The notes below the pieces were generated by a model. That model saw only the letters and a program-made list of their open reading frames with translations, made no database searches and was not told the origin of the DNA. Source: Clostridia bacterium (lineage in GTDB: Bacteria; Bacillota; Clostridia; Oscillospirales; CAG-272). Taken from it: DNA of 64,000 bases. Below, in pieces: positions 17,227 to 27,484 of this stretch. The DNA is taken from the NCBI GenBank assembly GCA_017623375.1, contig JAGAPH010000127.1, positions 27,331 to 91,330 on the forward strand. The letters run 5' to 3'. The translations under genes and the position numbers were made by a program. Position 1 is the stretch's first letter, and the number at the start of each line of letters is the position of its first letter.

Positions 17227-20200
17227 ATGATAAAATTTTTATTTGGTAATAACGGAAGCGGAAAGACCTCCGAAATACTCGAAATGCTAAGAAATGATGC
17301 CGAGAACGGTACTCCGTCGATTCTTATCGTCCCCGAGCAGGAGGCGGTGCTTGCGGAGAGAATGACACTGGAAAAATTACCTCCCTCGGCTCAGCTTTCT
17401 CTTGAGGTATTGAATTTTTCCCGTTTGTATAACCGAGTATGCAGAGAATACGGCGGTCTTTGCTATTCTTATATAACCAAGCCGATCGAGCATCTTATGA
17501 TGTGGCATTGCCTCAGGCAGACCGCACCAATGCTCAAGGAATACGCCGCTAATGCCGCGGACGACCCCGCTTTTGTAAAAACAGTTCTCGGTGCCGTCGG
17601 AGAGCTTAAGCGCTGCGGTATATCCCCCGAAGAGCTTGAAAACGCCGCGAATAGCTGCCGCGAAACGCACGGCAAGCTTTCATCAAGACTTGAGGACATA
17701 ACGCTTATATATTCAGCCTACGACTGTCTCGTGAGCTCCAAGTATTCAGATGCCGCTGACGATCTTTCCAAGCTATGTAACATTCTTGAGGAGCATGATT
17801 TCTTTAAGGGCAAAAATGTTTATATAGATTCCTTTACTTCGTTTACCGCAATTGAACACAGAATTATCGAAAGGATATTCGCCACGGCTGATAATACTAC
17901 CGTATCCGTTCCTTTGTCGCACCCACAATACACCGACATAAGCACCGCAAGCATAGAAGCATCACTGAAATTATTGAAGAAATCGGCAAACCGTTGGGGC
18001 GGACACAAGGATATTATACTTAACGGTGAAAAAAGGAACGCTCACCCTTCACTGAGTTATCTTACGGACAATCTCTGGAGGCTAAACGATAATGGAACGG
18101 ACGCTCCCGCAGCGGACGGACATATAGTCATGGAGATATGCGACACTTCGTACTCCGAGGCGGAAGCAGTAGCTTCACATATTCTCGAGCTTATGAGAAA
18201 CGGCGCAAGGTGCAAGGATATAGTAATTATAATGCGCGATGCTGAAAAATACAGAGGCATTATCGAGCCTGCTCTTGATGCGGCGGATATTCCATACTTT
18301 TTCTCCGAAAAGACCGATCTTTGCTCGCTTGCTCCCATAAAGCTTTTGCTTACCGCGCTGAGGATACGTCAGTATAATTGGCGTAAGAATGACGTCATTT
18401 CGCATATAAAGACAGGTCTTTGCGATTTTCCGCTTCGCAGTGCCGACCTTTTTGAGGAATATATAAATACTTGGAATATTTCGGGTGCACGCTTTACAGG
18501 TGACGATTGGACTATGAATCCCGACGGATATACCGAAAGAATGTCCGACAGAGGAAAGGTCATACTTAAAACGGCAAACGAGATACGGTGCGCTCTCTGC
18601 CAGCCTCTTGAACGGCTCTTCGTGCTTCTTGATGCCGCCGAGAACGTTCCCGACATGTGCCGTGCTATTTACAGCTATACCAAGGACATAGGTCTTGAGG
18701 ACAAGCTATCTATGCTTGCCCAGCGTGAGCGTGCCGAAGGAAATATTAAAGCCGCCGAGGAGCTTTCCTCAGCATATGGAATAATTCTGCGCTCCCTTGC
18801 GGATATCGCAGAGGCACTTCCCGATCTTTCTGTATCGGTAGATGAGTTTTCCTCAATACTCAAGACTGTTTTCGATCAGACAAACATCGGAACCATTCCC
18901 ACCTCCATCGATGAGGTAACTATAGGCTCTGCCTCTATGATCCGATCTTCAAATCCCCTTTACGTGTTCGTTATGGGACTTTGTGAGGGTGAATTTCCCG
19001 CTGCCGTTGACGATACGGGCATATTCACGTCAATGGACAGAGGCGTGCTCTCCGAGCTTGGAGTTGAACTTGGAGGCGATACGGACACACGCTCGTCTGA
19101 CGAGCTGATGTTTGTCAAGAATGCCTTTTCCGCTCCCCGTGAGAGGCTTTATCTCTTTACATCTACTTCAAGCGTAAGAGGAGATAACCGCACGCCGGCT
19201 CTGCCCTTCAGAAGGATACAGGCTCTTTTCCCCGACGTAAAGCCGCATAAATTTGTGGCAAACGACCTGTCCTTCCTTTGCGGCTCTCCGAAAAGCGCGG
19301 CGGCACATCTGAGAAATATCAAGTCAGTGTCCGACAAGGTGGCGGCTACCGATGCCGTTGCCGAATATCTGCCTATGGTCAAGGAGCTATCAAACAAGCC
19401 AACCTCGTCAGCCAAGTGCCGCATCGACCCACAGCTTATCAAGGAGCTTATCGGAGACAAGATATACGTCTCACCGACAAGCCTTGAAAAATACGTAAAA
19501 TGTCCCTTCAGCTATTATGCGGGATATATGCTCTCGCTCAGAGAGACCAAATACGGCAGCTTCCGCGCCAACAACTTCGGAAGCTTCGTTCACTATGTTC
19601 TTGAGCAACTGATCCGTTACGCCATTCCCGACGGAAGCGACTGTGTAGTGCCAAGTCATGAGGATATCGTCAACCGGACGTCGGAGGTGGTAGAAAGCTA
19701 CATAAAGCTCATCGCCCCCGATGAGGCACTAAAGACCAAGCGCATGACCCACCTCTACTCCAAGCTGAAAAAGCTTTCGCTTCTGCTTATCGAGAATACG
19801 GTAAAGGAGTTTGCGGACAGTGATTTCCGCCCCGCATTCTTTGAGCTACACACCGACGGTGCGGACGGTAATCCGCGCCCACTCAGTATCCCACTGTCAA
19901 ACGGTGCTCAGGTTGTGCTCAAGGGATATATCGACCGAGTCGATCTGTGGAAGGACGGCAACGAGGTCTACGTCAGAATAGTTGACTACAAAACTGGAAG
20001 CAAGGATTTCAGTCTTTCCGACGTGGCGCAGGGACTAAACACGCAGATGCTTCTATATCTCTTTTCCGTTTGTAAGGATCCGGGAAGCAAGCTTCGTATA
20101 AGCGCAGGACTTGAAAACGACCGCCTGCCCATACCGGCGGGAATAGTATATCTTTCCTCCGCACTTCCCACAACTCAGCTCAAGGATTATAGCGCTACAG

Positions 20201-20532
20201 ATGAGGAGATACTTTCCATGACCGAGGAAAAGCTCTCAAGGAGCGGTATAATACTTGAAAGCGAAAAGATCATCAACGCAATAAGCCACTCAGGCTCACC
20301 TGAGCTATTGCTTGGCATTTCAAAAAACAAGAACGACGAATACGTTGGAAGATCACTTATCAGTGCGGAGCGCTTTGAGGAGCTTTACGGGCAGATAGAA
20401 GATACTCTCAAGGATATCGGAAACCGTATCTACGAGGGCATTGCCGACCGCGAGCCTATAGACTACGGCGGCATAGATCCGTGCAAATATTGCTCAGTAA
20501 AGCCCATATGCAGAAAAAACGATTTTAATTAA
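17227..20532 (+). CDS. addB: helicase-nuclease AddAB, subunit B
   Basis: It has an N-terminal degenerate Walker A (GNNGSGKT), a size of ~1100 aa and a C-terminal RecB-type nuclease with an Fe-S cysteine cluster (...DPCKYCSVKPICRK). It sits directly upstream of addA. Confidence 0.9.
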   Translation: MIKFLFGNNGSGKTSEILEMLRNDAENGTPSILIVPEQEAVLAERMTLEKLPPSAQLSLEVLNFSRLYNRVCREYGGLCYSYITKPIEHLMMWHCLRQTAPMLKEYAANAADDPAFVKTVLGAVGELKRCGISPEELENAANSCRETHGKLSSRLEDITLIYSAYDCLVSSKYSDAADDLSKLCNILEEHDFFKGKNVYIDSFTSFTAIEHRIIERIFATADNTTVSVPLSHPQYTDISTASIEASLKLLKKSANRWGGHKDIILNGEKRNAHPSLSYLTDNLWRLNDNGTDAPAADGHIVMEICDTSYSEAEAVASHILELMRNGARCKDIVIIMRDAEKYRGIIEPALDAADIPYFFSEKTDLCSLAPIKLLLTALRIRQYNWRKNDVISHIKTGLCDFPLRSADLFEEYINTWNISGARFTGDDWTMNPDGYTERMSDRGKVILKTANEIRCALCQPLERLFVLLDAAENVPDMCRAIYSYTKDIGLEDKLSMLAQRERAEGNIKAAEELSSAYGIILRSLADIAEALPDLSVSVDEFSSILKTVFDQTNIGTIPTSIDEVTIGSASMIRSSNPLYVFVMGLCEGEFPAAVDDTGIFTSMDRGVLSELGVELGGDTDTRSSDELMFVKNAFSAPRERLYLFTSTSSVRGDNRTPALPFRRIQALFPDVKPHKFVANDLSFLCGSPKSAAAHLRNIKSVSDKVAATDAVAEYLPMVKELSNKPTSSAKCRIDPQLIKELIGDKIYVSPTSLEKYVKCPFSYYAGYMLSLRETKYGSFRANNFGSFVHYVLEQLIRYAIPDGSDCVVPSHEDIVNRTSEVVESYIKLIAPDEALKTKRMTHLYSKLKKLSLLLIENTVKEFADSDFRPAFFELHTDGADGNPRPLSIPLSNGAQVVLKGYIDRVDLWKDGNEVYVRIVDYKTGSKDFSLSDVAQGLNTQMLLYLFSVCKDPGSKLRISAGLENDRLPIPAGIVYLSSALPTTQLKDYSATDEEILSMTEEKLSRSGIILESEKIINAISHSGSPELLLGISKNKNDEYVGRSLISAERFEELYGQIEDTLKDIGNRIYEGIADREPIDYGGIDPCKYCSVKPICRKNDFN

Positions 20533-20542
20533 GGAGGCAGCC

Positions 20543-23500
20543 ATGGCAACAAAATGGACAGCCGCTCAATGTGCGGCTATAGAAACAAAAAACAAAACGC
20601 TTTTGCTGAGTGCTGCCGCGGGCTCGGGAAAGACGTCAACACTTACGGAAAGAATAATTCGCTCAATCACAGACAAAGACTCCCCGTCGGACATCTCAGA
20701 CATGCTCATCGTTACCTTTACCAGAGCCTCCGCTACCGATCTTAAAACAAAGATATTTACAGCCTTAAGTAACGCTCTTGCCAAGGATCCCTCAAACAAA
20801 CACCTTACAAGACAGCTCATTAAGCTTGGAAGCGCAAGGATATCCACCATAGACTCATTCTATCTTGACGCGGTAAAGAAAAATTTTGCCTCCCTTGGAC
20901 TTTCCTCGTCATTCAGGATCGCCGACAATGCGGAAACAGACCTTTTGGCAAAGTCGGTAATGAATGACGTGGTCGAGTATTTCTATGACAACGTAGAAGC
21001 CTTCCCTGCTCTTTGTGAATGCTTTGAGGGGATAAGAGATACTGAAGACGTTATGGAATCGGTGCTCCTTGGGCTTTACACCGACTGTCTGCACACGCCC
21101 GAGGGCGTGGACTATCTGCTTAAATGCGCCAAATTCGCTCTTGCGGATAAAGATAAGGATCTGTTTGAAACTACTTTCGGAGATATACTGAGACGCTATG
21201 CTATCGGCATGTTTTCCGACTACCTGAAGCATTTTGAAGAGGCGCTTTTTGCCATATCAAGCGACGAAAAGGCATACAAGGCATATTATGATGCTTGCGA
21301 TCACGACAGAATATTCTGCGTGGAAATGCTTAATGCCTTGGAGGGAAAGAGCGATTCCACCTCCTATTCAGATGCGGCAACGCTTCTCTCGGAGCATGAG
21401 TTCCTTAAGATGGGTGCGCTACGCTCTCAGTTTGCAACAGAGGACAGTCTTTTCTTAAAGCAGCTCAGAGGCTCGTTCAAGGACTCCGTAAAAAAGCTAA
21501 AGGATGAATTTTTTGAGTATTCTCCCAACGATCTATCAAAATTTTTTCAATATACGGCAAAAAACCTTGATATCCTGTATTCTGTCCTTTCGGAATTTGA
21601 GAAACGATATTTTGAGGAGAAAAAGCGCAGAAATATACTTGAGCTTACCGACGTAAAGCGCTATGCACTCAAATTGTTTGCAAATGATGACGGAACGCCC
21701 ACTGACGTAGCAAAAAGCTATTCCGAGCAATTTACCGATATTTACATTGACGAATATCAGGACGTTGACCCCGTTCAGGATCTTATATTCCGATGTCTTT
21801 CTACCCCGCGCAACCGATTTATGGTAGGAGATATAAAGCAAAGCATTTATAGCTTCCGCGGAGCCGAGCCGTCATTATTTGCGCACTACCGCGCCGCGTT
21901 CCCCTCGCACACCTCAGAAGATGCCGAAAATTCTGACTGTAGCACCATATTCATGTCGGAAAATTTCCGTTGCGCAAGACCTATCATAGATTTTACAAAT
22001 CTCGTCTGCTCCAATATTTTTTCCGCCTGCGGCGAAAGCATAGGATATACCAAGGAGGACGATTTGGTATGCGCCAAGATCGATCCCGAGGGCGCTCCTC
22101 TGCCGCCAAAGGTTACTGTTGCTTTTTTTGCAAAGCAGCCAAAGTCAAAGGACGAAGCGCCGTCTGATGGCTCTATGGAGCTCAGCTGCGCCGAATCCGA
22201 GGCTAAATATATCGCGCATGAGATACAAAAGCTTCTCGCGTGTGGCAAAAAGCAAAACGGAGAGCCTATCCTTCCATGTGATATCGCGATCCTCTTCCGA
22301 AATAAGCGATCAAGCATATACATATCTCGCGCCCTCAAGGAGCTTGGCATAAAGTGCACGGCAACGGAATCTACACAGTATTTTCAGAACCCCGACGTTC
22401 TTATGACTCTGTGTATCCTCAATGCAGTAGACAATCCCCAGAGAGATATCTATCTTGCCGGAGCTCTCCGCTCGCCTATATTTGGCTTTACCCTTGATGA
22501 TATTCTACTCATCAACAAGTGCGGCTGCAGTGCTGATTCACTTTATGACAAGCTGTGCATTGCCGCCGACACCGATTCGGAAATAGGAGCTCGATGCCGT
22601 CAATTCAACGATACGCTGACCTCTTGGAGAAGCATCTCTGCATCTCTTCCTATAGACAAATTTCTGCGCAAGCTATTTACAAGCGAAGCCTTTGTCGCAT
22701 CGGGACTTTTCTGTGAAAAGAATTCCTCTGGCGAGGGCGGAAACCTGCAGCGGCTCTATGAATACGCCCGCACATTTGAGGCAGGCTCCTTCAAAGGACT
22801 TTACAATTTCATTGAGTTTATAAACAATATTATTGAAAACGGTACGACTCTTGAGTCGGGCGGCAACGACATCTCTCCCGACTGCGTAACGCTTACCACC
22901 ATACATAAGTCAAAGGGACTTGAATTTCCCGTTTGCTTCGTTTGCAACTCGGCTTCGGATATGAACAGAAATCTTTCGTCGGACCTCTCATTTGAGTACG
23001 GTGTTGGAATCGCTATGGATCTATCCGACGAGACGGGTTTTGCTCATTATCTGTCACCCCTCAAAAAAATACTCGAGCTTAATTATCGACAAAGGTCAGT
23101 TGAGGAGGAGATGCGCGTATTATACGTGGCGCTTACAAGAGCAAAGGAAAAATTATACGTCACGGGAAGCTACTCAAGACGGACCATGCCAAATATACTT
23201 GAAGCGGCAAGCTTTGACTCACGTTTTAACTGCCGTTATTCTGTAATGTCAGCCTCGTGTTATCTTGATTGGATACTTTCGTCAACAAAAGCCGATGACA
23301 AAAACGGCTGCGCTGAAATACTTCCCTTCGATACGGCTTATTCAGCCCCACTTATCGAGGAAATACAGGAATACGAAGAGACCGTGTCCGAAGAAAAAAA
23401 CGCCGAATTTTTTGAGACTCTTAAGGAAAAATTCGCCTTTGAGTATCCATACAAGTTGTTGAAAAGAGTTCCCGCTAAGCTATCAGTATCCAGACTTTCG

Positions 23501-24181
23501 CCCGATGTGCTTGACGAAAACGACTCGTCCGTTGATATCTTTGAGCAAAACAGACCTACTCCTGTCCCCGATTTTTTCCTGCCGTCGCTTCAAAAAAGCA
23601 GTGCTACAGAGCGCGGAACGGCAACGCACCTGTTCCTTCAGTTCTGCGACTTTGAGTTTGCCGCAAAGCACGGTATAGCACAAACTGTGGATATGCTTAC
23701 TGAAAAAAGGTTTATAACAAGAGAAATAGCAGATCTCATATACAAGGAAGATCTTGAAAAGCTTATGAAAAGCGAGCTTGCCTCTCAGGTACTTTCCGCA
23801 AAGCGTATCATCAGAGAGCAGCGCTTCAATATTCTCTTGCCAACCGCAAGCTTTACCCAAGACGATAAGCTGAGGGAAAGGATCGCCGATGAAAAGATCG
23901 CCATTCAAGGAGTTATTGACCTTATCGTTATTGACAGTGACGGCAGACTTTGTCTTTACGATTACAAGACAGACAGACTATCAAAAGCAGAGCTTGCAAA
24001 TGACGCACTTGCCACCGAGAAAATGAACAAGCTCCACGGCTCGCAGCTATCGTATTACGCAAAAGCCGTGTCCGTTCTGTTCGGCAAAGCCCCCGACAGA
24101 GTAGCGGTCTATTCCACGTGTGCCGCAAAGCTTTTTGATATTGAGATGTGTGAGCTGACAATTCCACACGACATTCTTTGA
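20543..24181 (+). CDS. addA: helicase-nuclease AddAB, subunit A (UvrD/Rep-like helicase plus RecB nuclease)
   Basis: It shows WTAAQCAAIE...AAAGSGKT, DEYQD, the C-terminal nuclease motif GVIDLI...YDYKTD, and is 1212 aa long. Confidence 0.92.
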   Translation: MATKWTAAQCAAIETKNKTLLLSAAAGSGKTSTLTERIIRSITDKDSPSDISDMLIVTFTRASATDLKTKIFTALSNALAKDPSNKHLTRQLIKLGSARISTIDSFYLDAVKKNFASLGLSSSFRIADNAETDLLAKSVMNDVVEYFYDNVEAFPALCECFEGIRDTEDVMESVLLGLYTDCLHTPEGVDYLLKCAKFALADKDKDLFETTFGDILRRYAIGMFSDYLKHFEEALFAISSDEKAYKAYYDACDHDRIFCVEMLNALEGKSDSTSYSDAATLLSEHEFLKMGALRSQFATEDSLFLKQLRGSFKDSVKKLKDEFFEYSPNDLSKFFQYTAKNLDILYSVLSEFEKRYFEEKKRRNILELTDVKRYALKLFANDDGTPTDVAKSYSEQFTDIYIDEYQDVDPVQDLIFRCLSTPRNRFMVGDIKQSIYSFRGAEPSLFAHYRAAFPSHTSEDAENSDCSTIFMSENFRCARPIIDFTNLVCSNIFSACGESIGYTKEDDLVCAKIDPEGAPLPPKVTVAFFAKQPKSKDEAPSDGSMELSCAESEAKYIAHEIQKLLACGKKQNGEPILPCDIAILFRNKRSSIYISRALKELGIKCTATESTQYFQNPDVLMTLCILNAVDNPQRDIYLAGALRSPIFGFTLDDILLINKCGCSADSLYDKLCIAADTDSEIGARCRQFNDTLTSWRSISASLPIDKFLRKLFTSEAFVASGLFCEKNSSGEGGNLQRLYEYARTFEAGSFKGLYNFIEFINNIIENGTTLESGGNDISPDCVTLTTIHKSKGLEFPVCFVCNSASDMNRNLSSDLSFEYGVGIAMDLSDETGFAHYLSPLKKILELNYRQRSVEEEMRVLYVALTRAKEKLYVTGSYSRRTMPNILEAASFDSRFNCRYSVMSASCYLDWILSSTKADDKNGCAEILPFDTAYSAPLIEEIQEYEETVSEEKNAEFFETLKEKFAFEYPYKLLKRVPAKLSVSRLSPDVLDENDSSVDIFEQNRPTPVPDFFLPSLQKSSATERGTATHLFLQFCDFEFAAKHGIAQTVDMLTEKRFITREIADLIYKEDLEKLMKSELASQVLSAKRIIREQRFNILLPTASFTQDDKLRERIADEKIAIQGVIDLIVIDSDGRLCLYDYKTDRLSKAELANDALATEKMNKLHGSQLSYYAKAVSVLFGKAPDRVAVYSTCAAKLFDIEMCELTIPHDIL

Positions 24182-24250
24182 CATTTCCCCATGTTGTCAC
24201 ATATCCTTAGAAGGAGGGGATATTCCCTCAATATCAACTAAGGAGAAATT

Positions 24251-25114
24251 ATGGCAACTATAGAAAATTTTGCAACTGTAAGCTACACCTCAGGCGGTGT
24301 AGCTGCTACAAAGACCTCAAATGTTGCAGAGATCGAGCTTGAATCATCTTTGCAATTTTCAAAAATTACTTTGGGTACTACATATACCGCTAATACCCCA
24401 ATTACCTACATTCTTTCCGCATCAAATGAATCTGGTACGGCATTTTCCAACATACGTATCACCGATGATCTCGGAACCTTCACGGAGGACACGACAGAGC
24501 TCACTCCCCTAACCTTTATTGAGCCTGCATTGCTTCTCATTAACGGTCAGGACGCTACGGCTCAGCTGACTGTTGACACCTCCGTTCCTGGAAGCTTGAC
24601 CTTCTCTTTTCCCACTCTGGCACCCGGCGCAACAGCAAATATCATTTACAATGCGCTTCCCAATGAATTCGCGCCTCTTGACTCAAACTCTTGCATAACC
24701 AACAGAGCCACACTCACAAGCTGCTCAGAATGCGGCAACGGCTATGCCACGGCAACAGTATGTATAGAAGAGGAAGCTGATATTGAGGTCGTCAAGTCAA
24801 TGTGTCCTAATCCCGTTGTGTGCGGCGAAACGATAACCTATACCATTCGCATATACAACTATGGCAATATTGATGCGGAGGATGTCCGCCTTTCGGATAT
24901 CTTCTCTCCCGCTCCCCAAAATATTACTGTCTCTCGTAACGGTGTGACACTCGTAGCTACCGACTACAATTATGTTGACGGCACGCTTACTGTTCCCGCA
25001 GAGGGCACGGACGGAGATACAGTTCCCGCCGCTACCTTCACACGCGATGCGGTAACGGGAGAGGTATCCGTAACTCCCGGTGTAGTCGAATACGTTATTA
25101 CTGGAACTATTTAA
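24251..25114 (+). CDS. DUF11 ('conserved repeat domain')-type protein, no signal peptide
   Basis: It has its own RBS (AAGGAGAAATTATG). The second half (VVKSMCPNPVVCGETITYTIRIYNYGNIDAEDVRLSDIF) matches the DUF11/TIGR01451 repeat signature. The N-terminus MATIENFATVSYTSGG... has no hydrophobic leader. Confidence 0.6.
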   Translation: MATIENFATVSYTSGGVAATKTSNVAEIELESSLQFSKITLGTTYTANTPITYILSASNESGTAFSNIRITDDLGTFTEDTTELTPLTFIEPALLLINGQDATAQLTVDTSVPGSLTFSFPTLAPGATANIIYNALPNEFAPLDSNSCITNRATLTSCSECGNGYATATVCIEEEADIEVVKSMCPNPVVCGETITYTIRIYNYGNIDAEDVRLSDIFSPAPQNITVSRNGVTLVATDYNYVDGTLTVPAEGTDGDTVPAATFTRDAVTGEVSVTPGVVEYVITGTI

Positions 25115-25128
25115 GCAAAAAATAAAAT

Positions 25129-25162
25129 ACGGCGAACCCCAGCTGGGGGTCGCCGTATTTTT
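25129..25162. terminator. bidirectional rho-independent terminator between the DUF11 gene and the EF-G paralog
   Basis: The stem ACGGCGAACCCC / GGGGGTCGCCGT is flanked by an A-run upstream and TATTTTTT downstream. Confidence 0.75.
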
Positions 25163-27222
25163 TACGCGTTAGCTTTATTGTAGTTTTCAACTATCTTTGC
25201 CGCAATATTGGCGGGAACTGTATCGTATCCGTTTACAGTGTACGCGAAGCTTGCTCTGCCCTGTGTCATTGCTCGCAACGCTATAGGATAGTCAACCAGC
25301 TCTGCCTTGGGAGCGATAGCGTGAACTACCGTGTATCCCTTCTTATCCTCAGCGGGATCCATGCCCATTACCGCGCCTCTTCTCTTGTTAAGATCGCCCA
25401 TTACATCACCCACGAGAGAATCGGGAACAGTGATATCAAGGTCACCAACAGGCTCAAGAAGAACGGGAGCCGCCTGCTCAAGACACTTCTTATAAGCGAT
25501 GCTTGCCGCTGTCTTGAAGGAAATTTCATCGGAGTCAACGTCGTGATATGAACCATCGTAAAGGTCAGCTGCAAGACCTACCATCGGGAAGCCGGCTATG
25601 CCCTTTACCATTGCGTCCTGAAGTCCCTTTTCAACTGCAGGATAGAAGTTCTTTGGAACAGTTCCGCCGACGACGGAAACAGTAAACGTAAGTCCCTCAC
25701 TCTCAGCGGGAGCAAAGCGGATCTTAACGTGTCCGTACTGACCCGAGCCTCCGTTCTGCTTTTTATGCTTACCTTCAACGTCAACTCTCTTGGTTATCTT
25801 CTCGCGGTAAGCTATCTTCGGATCGTTGAAGTTTACGCTTACGCCGAATCTGTTCTTGAGCTTAGCCGCAAGAACTGCCAGGTGCATCTCGCCAAGTCCC
25901 GATACAAGCATCTGCTTTGTTTCGGAATTGTTTTCGTACTTAAGAGAAAGATCCTCCTCAATCATCTTTACGATGCTCTGGGATATCTTGCCCTCGTCTT
26001 TTGCCGTCGCGGGCACCATTGCCTTTGTATAATATGCGTCGGGATATGTAATGGGAGCGAACTTAAGCTCCTTATTCCATGTCAGTGTATCGTTGGTGTT
26101 CGTACTGGTAAGCTTTGCGACCATTCCGATGTCTCCGCAGCAGAGCTCATCGACCTCGGTCTGCTTTTTACCGTTCATAACGTAGATATGCGCAAGCTTT
26201 TCACTGTCACCTGTAGTATTGTTCTTCATAAGGAGATCGCGCTTTACCGTTCCGTTGATAACCTTGAAATAAGACATCTTTCCAACAAAGGGATCGGCAA
26301 CGGTCTTGAACACGAACAATGCGGGCTCGCCTTCGGGAACGATCTCGGACTTGCTTCCGTCCTCAAGCGTCTCTTCCTTCTTTGCCGTATGACGGGGGAA
26401 TGACTCGGTGATCTTATCGAGCATAGTCCAAACGCCCCAAAGCTTTGTAGCCGCTCCGCAGAACACGGGAACGATCTCGCCGTGGATTATACCCTCATGG
26501 ACTGCGTTGATAGCCTCCATATGGGTTATCTCCTCGCCCTCGAAGTACTTCATCATGAGATCCTCATTGGTGCTTGCTACCGCTTCCATAAGCATATCGC
26601 GATACTTTACGACAGCTTCCTTAGACTCGTTGGGGATAAGCTCAACGCTATGACGGCCGTTAGCGTCAAATACGTGGGCAGACTCGTCTATCAGGTCGAT
26701 ACAACCGGTTACGACTCCGTCCTTTACCATAGGAATGGTTATAGGACAGATATGCTTACCAAAGGTAACGTGCAGGTCGTCGAGAACACGAGCAAATCGT
26801 GCGTCGTTATCGTCAAACTTATTGATAAAGAATGCTCTGGGAAGTCCCGCTGCATCTGCGTAATCCCATGCAAGCTCTGTACCTACTTCAATTCCCGCCT
26901 TACCGTCAACCACGATAATAGCGCTATCAGCAACGCGTAGCGCCTGACAGGTCTCACCGACGAAATCAAGATATCCCGGGGTATCAAGAAGATTTATCTT
27001 AGTATCCTTCCAGGTCATATTCATAACGGACGCCGAAAGTGAAAATCCGCGCTTGACCTCTTCCGCGTCAAAGTCCGATACGGTATTTCCGTCAACGATC
27101 TTTCCGAGACGGTCTGTTACTCCCGTTATATAAAGCATTGCCTCAGAAAGAGAGGTCTTTCCGCTTCCCCCGTGTCCGAGCAACGCAACGTTTCTGATCT
27201 TTTTGGTTTCTACCATAGCCAT
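25162..27222 (-). CDS. elongation factor G family GTPase (stand-alone EF-G paralog)
   Basis: G-domain motifs are present: GHGGSGKTS, DTPG, NKFD. It is 686 aa with EF-G domains II-V and is not located in an rpsL-rpsG-fusA context. Confidence 0.85.
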   Translation of the reverse strand: MAMVETKKIRNVALLGHGGSGKTSLSEAMLYITGVTDRLGKIVDGNTVSDFDAEEVKRGFSLSASVMNMTWKDTKINLLDTPGYLDFVGETCQALRVADSAIIVVDGKAGIEVGTELAWDYADAAGLPRAFFINKFDDNDARFARVLDDLHVTFGKHICPITIPMVKDGVVTGCIDLIDESAHVFDANGRHSVELIPNESKEAVVKYRDMLMEAVASTNEDLMMKYFEGEEITHMEAINAVHEGIIHGEIVPVFCGAATKLWGVWTMLDKITESFPRHTAKKEETLEDGSKSEIVPEGEPALFVFKTVADPFVGKMSYFKVINGTVKRDLLMKNNTTGDSEKLAHIYVMNGKKQTEVDELCCGDIGMVAKLTSTNTNDTLTWNKELKFAPITYPDAYYTKAMVPATAKDEGKISQSIVKMIEEDLSLKYENNSETKQMLVSGLGEMHLAVLAAKLKNRFGVSVNFNDPKIAYREKITKRVDVEGKHKKQNGGSGQYGHVKIRFAPAESEGLTFTVSVVGGTVPKNFYPAVEKGLQDAMVKGIAGFPMVGLAADLYDGSYHDVDSDEISFKTAASIAYKKCLEQAAPVLLEPVGDLDITVPDSLVGDVMGDLNKRRGAVMGMDPAEDKKGYTVVHAIAPKAELVDYPIALRAMTQGRASFAYTVNGYDTVPANIAAKIVENYNKANA

Positions 27223-27326
27223 TGGCTTTCCTCCTTCTCCGCACTTTTGCGGAAATAACTTTTTATTTTATATTATAGGACGGTATATGCTGTATATCTG
27301 TCCAAAATATTAAAAATATTATATTT

Positions 27327-27355
27327 ATTATACAATATTTTGTTTATTTTTTCAA
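27327..27355 (-). promoter_or_regulatory. sigma-70-type promoter for the EF-G paralog
   Basis: On the minus strand: TTGAAA (27355-27350), a 17-nt spacer, TATAAT (27332-27327). The leader of ~100 nt contains the hairpin TCCGCAAAAGTGCGGA. Confidence 0.5.
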
Positions 27356-27484
27356 GCAGTTTTCTTGTATTTTTTCAATGGCACATGTAGAAATATGTGC
27401 TTTGTTTTTGTGCATTTTATCCAAGAAACGATCTTTTAAATAAACAAAACTGACACCTCTTAAAAAGTGATGTCAGTTCCTTGC

